Part shown: positions 41,907 to 53,467 of the stretch, in pieces
How positions within the stretch are numbered: the first letter of the stretch is position 1
Layout of the letters: every line of letters begins with the position of its first letter
Source: Tubulanus polymorphus
Taxonomy: Eukaryota > Animalia > Nemertea
NCBI RefSeq assembly: GCF_964204645.1
Contig: NC_134026.1
Span: 18,324,150-18,388,149, forward strand
Reading direction: 5' to 3'
Length of the DNA stretch: 64,000 nucleotides
Position numbers and translations under genes: made by a program
Notes under the pieces: model-generated
What the model saw: the letters and a program-made list of their open reading frames with translations, nothing else
Told to the model about the DNA's origin: nothing
Database searches by the model: none

Positions 41907-42360
41907 AAGTTTGTTCTCTGGTGTTATTTTTGATGTGAAATTTACTAAATTTTTACTAAAAGACTTTTTCTACCTTGTTGTTGGGACATTTTCCGGGGAC
42001 ATTTTTTCCTGGGACATTTTTTCCGGGGACATATTTTCCGGTAAATTTTTTTCCGGGGACATTTTTTCCCGGGACGCTTCCGTACAGAATTTGCTTTGCT
42101 TTGCAGATCATTCTTGCATGCAGCAGTTTGAAAATGCGTAGTCTCAACGACCTTGGATGGATTATATCGTATGGTTGACAGATCGCTCGTGCTCGAACAG
42201 CGCCGTCTATATCAATGACAGTTCTATGATTTTTGCCTTCTATTATTCTGTTTGTCACGGCCCGTTTTTTTTAAATATCTTATCGCTATGTCATAGATCT
42301 GACAATACGATGTTTAAATAAAGTAACAATAAATTTATTTTAAATTTGAATTTAATGAAC

Positions 42361-42454
42361 CTTCAATGGCGGCGAAAAATCGTTCATGGTCGACTGATTT
42401 CTTCATGCAATTTAAACCCATTGATTCATTATCTAGGAAGTGACAAGTTGCGTG
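42361..42454 (+). promoter_or_regulatory. Putative 5' non-coding first exon (candidate BLCAP exon 1)
   Basis: YY1-like AATGGCGGC at 42365, ETS-like AGGAAGTG, strong donor G|GTAAGT at 42455, CpG-rich neighbourhood; link to BLCAP is inferred. Confidence 0.35.
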
Positions 42455-42577
42455 GTAAGTATATTTTGTGACTTCAGCTTCGTATGCGTCATCAAACGTT
42501 TAGGCCTGCGTTGACACTTTCATCTGTCGTGTTTTTGCATTCTGCCTGACCCTTGTCCCTGCCTGCCTGGGCCTGAC

Positions 42578-43816
42578 CACAGGGACTTGTCACGACTGAT
42601 AATGGATGAGACCAATGATGGGGGTACCAGTATCCCTGCAACTGTATAATAAAATAACAAGGGTGGCAACAAATTTTCAATCTGACAATGACTTCTCCAC
42701 TTCAATCGACTGTAATTCCAAAAATTCTCAACCGACTCACATGAAATAACCTTTAATACAACCTAGAAGACTTTCTGCTTCGAACGAGCCTTCAACCACC
42801 ACTCTCCGACAATTATCTCACAACGAAATCACCTTTTTTTGACGAGAGATAGCTCAAAATGGAGGTCTACCGATTCTATCGTGAGATCTTAGAGAAAACC
42901 CCAACAAACCATACATTTTTTAAAACTACGCGGTCATACCTGTACGCTTATCTCATTTATTTGTATAATCCACGCGATGGGTGAGCTCACAAGCTCAAAA
43001 TCGAAAATGAGGACGAACACGGCATTCAACTTGTCATCAACTGGGCGGCCATTAATCACGTGATATCGTAGTAACGGGCTAAATATTTCACGCGCATTGA
43101 TTGGCTTAGAGATTTCGAAAAACATTACAAAATTTATTAAAAGTTCTGTTAATTAATAAAATATCCGTATTATGAAAATATAGTGCAACATTCGTCTGAG
43201 GGGTGGTATTATTAGCAAATATTTCCTTTTTTCAAGTCTGCAGACTTGTCGCGGTTCTATTAACATAGCCCGAACCTGCACGTCACGTGATTAATGGCCG
43301 CCAGCGCAATAGTGCGAGGTGACTTTTTCGTATATTTGTTCGATTTTGAGCTTGTGAGCTCACCCATCGCGTGGATTATACAAATAAATGAGATAAGCGA
43401 ACAGGTATGACCGCGTAGTTTAAAAAAATGTATGGTTTGTTGGGGTTTTCTCTAAGATCTCACATAGAAATCATCGTTTGAAGTGAAAAAAACGACCATT
43501 TTGCTGTCCACCATAGAATCGGTAGACCTCCATTTTGAGCTATCTCTCGTCAAAAAAAGGTGATTTCGTTGTGAGATAATTGTCGGAGAGTGGCGGTTGA
43601 AGGCTCGTTCGAAGCAGAAAGTCTTCTAGGTTGTATTAAAGCTTATTTCATGTGAATCGGTTGAGAATTTTTGGAATTACAGTCGATTGAAGTGGAGAAG
43701 TCATTGTCAGATTGACAATTTGTTGCCACCCTTGTTTTTATATTATACAGGGATAGTGGACCTGGTCATTGATATTGGTTTTATTCATTCACTATCAATT
43801 GTGACAAGTCCCTGTG
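42578..43816. mobile_element. Foldback-type P-element-like (or hAT) non-autonomous transposon, ~480-bp TIRs, 8-bp TSD
   Basis: Ends CACAGGGACTTGTCAC / GTGACAAGTCCCTGTG; TSD GGCCTGAC (42570-42577, 43817-43824); arms 42578-43063 and 43283-43816 nearly identical apart from indels. Confidence 0.85.
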
Positions 43817-45519
43817 GGCCTGACTGAGTTTTTCTCTGGCAAATTCATTTTGTGGATACTCAACACTAGACCACAGGGACTTGACACAAAAGGATTTTGA
43901 CCCCAGTATCCTACTGTCTAGTGTCTGTCACACCTGCTCGCCGTGCGATGTTAGGTATGTTCATGTCCGCGCGGGGCGCCACTATCGATTGTGACGACCA
44001 TTATTGATTAGGAAAAGTGTGATGCGCGTTTTTACTACGCGTTTTGACATCGCGTAGTAAAGTCATTCATAAAACCTGTCTATCAATGCAAATGAGCTAA
44101 AATCTTTTGGAATCAACCAATAAGATCGATCTTTATCACTGGGGGGTTGGTTTAGTGTATAAATCCGCATTTTAGTCGAAGAAAATAGAAATCGAAAAAT
44201 ACCCTTTTTCAAGAGCAAAATTCGTCAGCTTAGGACCCGGAATAAGCGACGAATCATCAGGAATCAAAAGGTTTAGGATCTTAAAATTCAAATACTGAAG
44301 ACCGCATGATTTTATTTCGTGTCGGGGCTGAGTGATCGCTGCCGGAAAAGTCGATGTCTAAGTTTTGCGTTGAAGCGAGCGATACAAAATGGCGGCCGGC
44401 ACTTGTTATTGAATGACGACGCGCCGCGCTGCTCGTGATGAGATCAATATTCAACAATTATTCATCGGTCTAGCGGTGAATTATTGTATTTATTTTCCGA
44501 TTCATAATTATTCATCACTATATTTCTGAATTTTTTTTTGCGCGCGGATCGCCACTACGCTCCCGTCGGTAAAGCGGCTGTTGAAAGAGGGAGGCGTCTA
44601 ATGGGATGAATTGAGGCTTGTGACGGGCAAAAATAGCGTGATGGGACAATGAGGCTCCCGAGGGGATTTTCCAAAAGCAGCAAAATTGAAGTATATATAA
44701 AATATTGTTGAAATTTAGAAAAAAAAACTGATTGATTTTATTATGATATCATGAATATATTTCAAATTTCAGCGTTTTGAGCTAGGCCAAGCCTAATTTT
44801 CTGCTTTTCTTAACTAAAATTCATTTAGCAAATAATATATAAAATTGGTATATTTAAATCAATTTGCAATAGGAGCCTATGGCTATAGACCTAACTGACA
44901 GGCCTTGATAATCATGTTTATTCATTTCAAAAATCATGTAGTGAAAAAAAAATTTCATTTGAAATCATATCAATATTTCTCAATATTTCACATTTTTTCT
45001 TGCCGTTACCATGGAAACCTAATAATAATAATCTATATAATAATAGATATTCCTAGATAAACTTAGGGCAAACATAAACTATTGATAACTAGTTATTCTA
45101 TCCCCTTTCTACATCATAACTTTTGATCTAACATCGATATTTTCATTATTTTACCATTTTTCGGCTGGTTTCCATGGAAACCAAAGGCATTTGGAATCAG
45201 ATAAAAATTTTGGGTCTGTCAATTGTCACCTGAAAGTGCTATGAGTGTATTGCTCTTTAAATTTCTAGTCTATATCTTTTAGTTTAAGAGATATTGAAGT
45301 TTGTTTACATGAAATATTGCCTTCTTAGATCACAGTTTTTGTGTATTGAAACATGAAGACACTTTTCGCTCAAATTTTCAAACTTCAATTTGCGATATCT
45401 CGAAAACTACTGAAGATAATTCAAAAATTTAAAAAGCATATTGTTATTTGAGCCCTCCCCATTCCAACAAGCTTTCTTTCAGTAAGATTGGAGCTATTTG
45501 AATTTTTTATGGATATAGC

Positions 45520-45970
45520 TAGCGATGTTTTGGTCCGTAATTTTGTTAATAATTGGTTTATCTGTTCATGATGCATCAATTTGTTCAGTAAGGAATTTGC
45601 ATTCAGAAATAAATCATGAACTGGCATAGATTTGTTTGTGTTTTCATCTATCAGCGATAGTTTACTTAGCATACGCTCGCGTAATGGTGAAAAACTGCTT
45701 TTATGGCCTGTCACGTGGCGCCACCTACTGTATTTTGATATGCTAATGATCAGGTGATGATGTCACTGTAATGTTTCTGAGCGTCCGCGGAGTGGATTTT
45801 TCAGCATTACGCGAGCGTATGCTGAGTAAACTATCGCTCATATATGAAAACAAAAACAACTTTAGTAAAAATTGTTGTTTATTTCTGAATGCAAATTCCT
45901 CACTGAACAAATTGATGCGTAATAGTAGATAAACCGATTATTAACGAAATTACTGAGCAAAACGTCGCAC
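45520..45970. mobile_element. Palindromic MITE (~170-bp arms) nested in the 5.6-kb element
   Basis: agcgatagtttacttagcatacgctcgcgtaatg vs cattacgcgagcgtatgctgagtaaactatcgct, with further matching outer arms. Confidence 0.75.
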
Positions 45971-45981
45971 AGAGAGCAGGA

Positions 45982-46820
45982 TAGTCAGTAACCTGTCTGC
46001 GGTTTAGTTTCACGATCGGATATTTTCACAAACCACAGTCAGGAATGGGAAGGTCATTTTTCAATGAAATCTTCGTGAGTCAATTTGACTCACCAGTAAT
46101 TTGCCTGGCATTTTCTCGTCTTTTGAGATATCCGTCTAATTTTTGTTGTAATCAACGCACAACAGATTCGTAGTTTGTTTGATACCTATAACACCACACC
46201 TGACGATCTTAATCCATGTGCAAATCGGCCGTGAAGTGAGAGTAAATTTCCGTCAATTCAACAGCGGCCATTTTGAAAACTTGTGGAGGGTGCTGGCACC
46301 TGTGGACTGAGGCCAGGACAACAGCACAAACTAACGAAACGAAACGACGAAATTGAAAAAAATTAAGAAATCAACACTATTTCACATTTTTCTTCATCCA
46401 GAATTTATTGATTGATTAATCATGGAAAGCACGAATATTTGAAATGTGTGTTGGAAAACCATCAAAAATAAAAATTGTCGTCTTGGAAGTTTTATATAAA
46501 TCCTTGTAGATCACCTTGTCTATCATGCCACATGTATGCAATACAGCGAAATGGCGGCCAATGGTGAAATTTGTGGTGAAATTAATCAATTTCTCAAAAT
46601 AATGATGATCAATCGCTCGAAACATACATAAAATTGGATTATATTGAAAGGTACCTGTGTTAGTTTGTGGATAAAGCCATTAATTGTGGACTGAAGTGAA
46701 TAGAAAGTATATTTTTGAAGTGTTACTTTTTTCAACCGTGTTTTGGCCCTTGTCATCCCTAACATTGGTATAAGCCCATGCGATTATAAAAAGCTTACCA
46801 CCAACGATTAGGTAACTAAA
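45982..46820. mobile_element. Second, longer AcademH-like copy
   Basis: Colinear with 41065-41631 plus an extra segment at ~46526-46771; TSD AGAGCAGGA/AGAGCAGGT (8/9). Confidence 0.7.
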
Positions 46821-46884
46821 AGAGCAGGTGTGAAAGACAGTATTACTGGTCTTAAGCACCGTTTCTTTTCAAAAATCATGGTCA

Positions 46885-49174
46885 TTTTTAGCCCACTTGG
46901 GACTGTAGGGGAAGTTTTAATGTAATGTCTTGATATTTGGGTTACACATGTATCTACCTTAGACTCATCTTCAGCCCAAAAACTGACCCTGTCAGAATCA
47001 AGATGGCCGACTGGCAGCCATTGTTGTTTGTCAAAATCAGCACTTTTTATACTTTTTTAGCCCACTTGGGACTTTAGTCCCAGCGGGCTATTGCGTTCAC
47101 TTTTCGTCCGTCCGCCCATCCGTAGACAGAATCCAGTTATTTTGGGAAGTTTTGAAGACACTTCAAGGTAACGTCTTGATATTTGGGTTATACATGTATC
47201 TACCCTAGACACATCTTCAGCCCGAAAACTGGCCCTGTCAGAATCAAGATGGCCGACAAGCAGCCATTGTTGTTCGCCAAAATCAGCACTTTTTACACAT
47301 TTTTGAACTTTTTGAGGGAAATTTTGAAGACGCTTCGTTCAATTACCTTGATCTTTCGTGAAATATATGTGAATCCCCCCAGGGCCCATCAACATAACAA
47401 AAATTGGGTTGGTCGGACTCAAGATGGCCGTCCTATGACCTTTTTAGTGCCCAAAAATGTTAATTTTGGCCCGAATTCTGAGTCCTGTAGCTTCCTACTG
47501 GTTTGCCATTTCTCATTGCAATTTGTGATGGGTATTCTTTGGAAAGGGATGTTTTATACCTGAGATAGGTATTTTTCATCAGCCAATTATGACGCAATTG
47601 GCGGCCATCTTTGTGTCACCAGTACTCATTCATAAGTGGGAAAAAGTTTTTCCACATTATATTGATACCTAAGCGTATTTTGCTACTGCAATCTATTAGA
47701 AAGTTGTAGCTCATAACGTGTTCTATGATTGTGGTGAGTTTCAAGGTAATTGGATTTCGTATATGGCCACCAGGGGGCGTTGAATAATACAATATCTTAG
47801 TATTTCTATATTATATTCGTATCAATGCATATTTTGTAACCACAATCAATTGGAAAGTTGTAGCTCATGACATCATCTATGATTGTTGCGAGTTTTAGGG
47901 ACATTAGTTTTTCTATATGGTCACCAGGGGGCGTTGAATAGTAGAATAACTTAGTATTTCCTTATTATATTGGTACCTAGGCATATTTTGTTACCGTGAT
48001 CAATTGCAAAGTTGTAGTTCATGACATGTTCTATGATTGTGGTGAGTTTTGAGGTCATTGGGTTTTGAATATGGTCACCAGGGGGCGTTGAATAGTAGAA
48101 TGACGTAGTATTTCCATATTAAATTGGTAACGAGGCATATTTTGTTATCACAATCAATTACAAAATCGTAGCTGCTGACATGTTCTATGATTGTGGTGAG
48201 TTTCAAGGTCGTTGGTTTTTGTAAATGGTCACCAGGGGGCGTTGAATATTGAAATTGTTAGATTGTTGAGCATTTGAAACCACTTCCCAAGTGGGCATGG
48301 TGTCCCTGGACCCCCAGTTTACTTTTTGAGGGAAATTTTGAAGACGCTTAAATCAATTACTTTGATATTTCGCATATATTTGAACCCCCCAAGGGCCCAT
48401 CACCATAAGAAAAATTGGGTCGATCTGACTCAAGATGGCCGTCCTATGACCTTTTTAGTGGCCAAAAATGTCAATTTTGGCCCAAATTCTGAGTCCTGTA
48501 GCTTCCTACTGGTTCGCCATTTCTCATTGCAATTTGTGATGGGTAAGCTTATTCTTTGGAAAGGGATGTTTTATACTTGAGCCAGGTATTTTTTATCGGC
48601 CAATTATGACACAATTGGCGGCCATCTCAGTATCATCAGTTCTCATTCATAGGTGGGAAAGAGTTTTATTTTGTATATATAAGCATTTTTGTTACCACAA
48701 TCAATTGCAAAGTTGTAGCTCATGACATCATCTATGATTGTGGTGAGTTTTTAGGACATTAGTTATTCTATATGGTCACCAGGGTGGCATTGAATAGTAG
48801 AATAACTTAGTATTTCCTTATTAGATTGGTACCTAGGCATATTTTGTTACCATGATCAATTGCAAGTTGTAGATTTTGACATGTTCTATGGTTGTGGTGA
48901 GTTTCAAGGTCATTGGGTTTTGCATATGGTCACCAGGGGGCGTTGAATAGTAGAATTACTTAGTATTTCCATATTAAATTGGTAACGAGGCATATTTTGT
49001 TTTCACAATCAATTACAAAATCGTAGCTGCTGACAGGTTCTATGATTGTGGTGAGTTTCAAGGTCATTGATTTTTGTATATGGTCACCAGGGGCATTGAA
49101 TATTGAAATTGTTAGATGGTTGAGCATTGGAAACCACTTCCCAAGTGGGCGTGGTGTCCCTGGACCCCTAGTTT
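46885..49174 (+). mobile_element. Two Helentron-type (HINE/DINE-1-like) elements, B (47053-48320) nested in A (46885-47052 + 48321-49174), with 154-bp central tandem repeats
   Basis: 5' T-tract + AGCCCACTT, GGGACT..AGTCCC palindrome, (GTCC)n microsatellite, 3' AAGTGGGC + GGTGTCC-CT-GGACCCC hairpin; units start at 47701, 47855, 48009, 48163 and ~48710, 48864, 49018. Confidence 0.8.
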
Positions 49175-52100
49175 ACTTCCAGACTGGTGCGGTACAGATG
49201 CGGATTTTGTCGATTTTTTCAGATTAACCGCATGATTTAACAATCTTAAAGACATACAAATCTCACTCAAACCTCTTGGTCTAATGCAGAAATTCGTTAT
49301 CTTTAAGAATAATCTTACTTGAAGCGGATGGGATTATTAATAACGAAGTTACAAACTGTTGAAGTGACATACTTATCGACAGATCTGACAGAGATTTGGC
49401 TCCCTTGTCTTTTTCTATAGTACCTAGGATACTGGGGTCAAAATCCTTTTCTGTCATGTCCCTGTGCACTGCACACTACATTCCAAACTTGAATTGAACT
49501 TGAACTTGAAGTTTTAGATGTTTCTGGCCCTGACTGGTCTGTCTCCAGTTCCTGCTCTGCTGCTGAGTGCCCAGGCTGAGTGGTAGTTGCTGGGGATCTG
49601 GGGTTTTTAGGCCAGCCGTGGACCGAGCCTGTTACTATACAAATGGAGCGAATTTAAATGACATGGTTTCGCAAAGGCTTTTTTACTGTGCAACTGAGTA
49701 TATATGCATACAAGTCATTCATTAAAGCATTATCCATTGTCCAAACTCTACATAGCTGAATTTTTAAAGAGGGCCTCGTTAGAATTTATATGAGCTCTTT
49801 CACGAATATCTGATCACAAAAATATTGGTTTTGAAAAGCCAATCAGAAAGCAAAGACTCCTATGATTGGCTTAGCCGCATAAATCAGCAGGTGTTCACGT
49901 GAACCTGCGGTATCGTCTACCGTTTTACTTCTGGGTTTTATTTTAAGATCTAAAATTGTATATAACGATCGATTTCTGTGAAAGCTTTAGTTGATTTGGT
50001 TTTTGGGAGGAATATTTTTATTAGCACTACAGAAAATATCATTGACCATTGTGCAAAGTCCGGGAAAAATAGCTTTTTCTTAAATCGGATAGATGACCTT
50101 GATATGCTAATTAGCCACGTGCTCAAACTACAAATTCAATCAAATTTTATGCCGCAAAAAATATCAAATCCAATTCAATTTTACTTTATTGAACAAATAA
50201 AAACATCAAATCCAATTCAATTTTGTTTTATTGAGCAAATTTCAGAAAATTCAATTCTATTCCGCATTAAAATCAATAAAATCTTGTTGATAATTTATCT
50301 ATATGATCTGAGCGGTTATCATGGTTGTTCTGCCATAAATTACAAAATGAATACAATTTGATGATGATGCGGCTCCGCACTCTCTCGTAAATAATTCAAT
50401 CACATAACCAAATGTGCAAAATCAACAAAACGCGTACGTTGAAAATATTTCATGCAGCTAATTGAAAAACAGAAGCTGTAATTTGGGAAATTGCTATAAC
50501 TATCTTGTAGCTTGTGGAAACTGAATATAGCATACCCTATCTTGTTTTTTTTTTTAATTTTGGTCTTTCATGTGGTACAAAAATCAATATTTGTATTATG
50601 CAACTTCAATTCCACTTGGGTTATGGGTGTATTGTTAATTCAATGAGGGTAGGGTGCAAATGCATGGTTAGCCTATTTCTGCCTTCAGCTATGAATAACA
50701 TGAAAGAGGGCCGTACTACTCGCAGCCCTAGTTTAAAAAAAATGAATGCTCGCCCTGTTGATCGATATTTTATGACCCTTTGACTGAAAATCATGGATTC
50801 CATGTGGGAACATCTACACATTTGCGCACATTCCCTGGGTAGTGATGCGAGGACACGCAGTAAATAGCATCAATGTCCCTGCAATTTATACCGATCCATA
50901 GTGCCCAACCTGCTGCGTTTATAAACAATCATCTCATTACTGCATTTATAAACAATCATTTCATTATGCATATTCAGTGCATGCATATTCATACAGTCGG
51001 TCTACCCAGGAATTGGTTGTTCAGAATACGTACTGTTAAAGCGTAGACGTAGGCTGATTAGAGGCTGGCAGAGTACTATAGAGTACTACTATTTTATTTT
51101 TTCAAATCTATGACCATAGGCCAGAGTTTTGATAGTATAGATCCAGTGGCGGATCAAAATGTTTTACAAATGAATATTCAGCCACATTAACCTTGGAAAC
51201 TGAAGTGTATGGCAGACGCTATGCATAAAACCTACTACCATAGCATTAGGTACATGTAAATCCTTGAGAGATACTAACCAATTATGTAGCCTTCCGCCCC
51301 AGACAGTTTTAGGACTAAAAGTAGGCCCCTATTAGTTTACACATTGATTTGTTACTATAAAATCTTAGAATGTCCAGATACAGTTTGCATTTGGCGCACA
51401 ACTCTACAATGACCACCTCATATTCTAAAAAGACTACTGTCTACAGATCAACGTCCTCCATCAACCGAGTTTTCACAAGTGGGGATTATACAGATACCAC
51501 CACGAAAAATTTGATTGTGTGAATCATCCCATAGAAATGGAGCATGTGACATAGAATTTTTCCGGGAACCACATCAATTAGAGGACAATTAAAAGTATTG
51601 ATTAGGCCAAAAATGATACCTTGCCTCTCATTCCCCGGCCTGGTCAGATAGATTAACGGTAAAAATCGTAAGTATAAAATGCTGCTGGCCAGGCCTAGAG
51701 TTAGGAGATATTAGAAGTATATGGTAACGAAAATCTAATTCATTTTCAATGGACTTTCATCTAGATTTTTAGCCTCCCTCATCAGAAATTAGCCAAATCA
51801 CTCCTCTTGATAAACTCAGATGATCTTTAGGTTCATATATAAGGTGGATTTTACAAATCAACATTGAAAGAATTTGAGAAATTATGGATAGATTTTAATT
51901 GAATCTGAGAAGAAACCCAGGAGTTGTCTGAATGCGCACTAGCGAACCTGTCGGATCCTCGCTTGCCACAAAAGGAATCCTCGATTGCCACACTTGAATG
52001 TAGTCCTCATTAGGCAGTCTCTTGCTTATTTTTTCCATTCTGGCTATTTAGAAAAATAGTTGAATAGTTGACGTACCCTCGAAAATTGGGAAAAACTGGA

Positions 52101-53221
52101 AGGAGGTAGGAATGATCCAACATCTGGCAATCAAACTAGACCTACAGGCCTACTGACAGGTATTTGACAAACAATAAGAACTTCTGAAAACCATATCCTG
52201 TACTTATAATTTTTTTTATTTTAAGAATTTTCAGTGAAAACTGTTGTATAAAATTTAAAAAATGGCTGGCCTGATGGAAATATGTCAATTTTTTGCTCGC
52301 GTTAGCGAGCCTATGTCAACGGTCTGGCTGATTGATTAAATTATTATGTATATCATAAATTTTCTTCTCCGGCTTCATTAGTGGTTTAAAGTGCCAAATA
52401 TAGCTAAGATAAACGGCTTGCAGACAGTTTTTAGGAAGATAAGAAAAATAGACATACAGCTTGGCAATTGCTTCAGATGTTCAAACCCTCCTTGGGTGGC
52501 TTCCCGCCGACGGTGCTCGGGATGTTTGTCTCTAAATCTAAATCTAAATTCCATATGTGCTCTCCCCTGATGATGACCCTGGATCCGCCCCTGTTAATTT
52601 GAAAGTTTTAAAGTGAAGTTTTAATTTTACATTGAAAAGTAAAGTTTGTTAATATCTCCAGATATCACATTGGGCCGAACGATTTTCTTTTTATAGCCTA
52701 AGCAAAAAAACTAAGACGATTTTTCTTTTATTTATTGCAGAACAAGCACATACAGATACATAATCAAAAACCCCAGGAACTGTATCCCAAGCCCATCAGC
52801 CAGCGCCTGAGGCATCAAGGCCAACTGCTTAGACACACGTTTTTTACTATTCATTGCCTTACCTACCCAAGTATCATAACCTAACCCTTTAGACTCTTAA
52901 GCAAGCCTAATTTTCTGTGGTTGAAAAGACGGGCATACTCTGGACCCCTAGTTTTCTAGGGGTGTGCTTAGCCCAACCTAATGTCTACTGTTAAGTAAAT
53001 GTGATTATTTATTTATATTCAGAAATTTGATTGGAGAACATGATTGAAGGATTGAAGTAACTCATAAGAAGAAAACTACGGTATAGCCTGCACCACTTAC
53101 GTTAAACTACGGTACTGATTGGAAGTGGGTACTGTACAGGAAGTACGTCATAAAACAGAAGAAAGCTGCAAATCATTGGATTAGACCAATCATATTTGAG
53201 TAATTGAGGAAGTTTATCATT

Positions 53222-53467
53222 ATGTACTGTTTGCAATGGTTGTTACCGGTGCTACTCATTCCGAAACCTTTGAATCCTGCATTTTTCTACAACCACGCGA
53301 TGTTCATGATATTCTACCTGGCCGGATTCTTCCTCGAACGAAAGCCGTGTACGATTTGCAGCATTGTGTTTCTGACTGCGTTGTTTCTGATCTGTTACAG
53401 TTGCGTCGGCAACTGCGCGCTGTGGCCGTGTCAGAGCGATTGTGAGAACGAATTCGGGACGTGTTGA
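53222..53467 (+). CDS. BLCAP: Bladder cancer-associated protein (BC10/BLCAP), 81 aa, single coding exon
   Basis: [51 protein letters not shown]... matches the highly conserved BLCAP N-terminus; candidate acceptor ttatattcag ending at 53022. Confidence 0.96.
   Translation: MYCLQWLLPVLLIPKPLNPAFFYNHAMFMIFYLAGFFLERKPCTICSIVFLTALFLICYSCVGNCALWPCQSDCENEFGTC

Larger units (their letters stand above)
40769..42081. mobile_element. MULE-like element with GGAAAAAATGTCCC subterminal arrays, hosting two nested insertions
   Basis: Inverted arrays at 40780-40820 and 41983-42075; no TSD found. Confidence 0.45.
43872..49466. mobile_element. 5.6-kb element of the same CACAGGGAC terminal family with nested insertions
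   Basis: 42-bp TIRs (cacagggacttgacacaaaaggattttgaccccagtatccta, 40/42 match); TSD-like CACTAGAC/CACTGCAC (6/8). Confidence 0.75.

Noticed and set aside
41860-42258. ORFs with FSGDIF/VPGKN/FFPGT repeats (also GGIF at 11930, 12430, 58589)
   Set aside because: They are translations of transposon subterminal tandem repeats
41065-46820. Apparent segmental duplication or Pack-type capture of the FBXO41 promoter
   Set aside because: Each copy has its own TIRs and a different 9-bp TSD, so these are independent transposon insertions
47183-48580. Two similar ORFs (126 and 84 aa) that look like paralogs
   Set aside because: They lie in the two copies of the non-coding Helentron-type element and show no recognisable domain
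47660-49110. Regularly spaced repeats suggesting a CRISPR-like array
   Set aside because: The whole 154-bp unit repeats with no unique spacers, there are no cas genes, and the context is eukaryotic; it is a Helentron central tandem repeat
42455-53022. Nested antisense gene in the BLCAP intron (as NNAT in mammals)
   Set aside because: No supportable coding exons; the interval is largely explained by transposons
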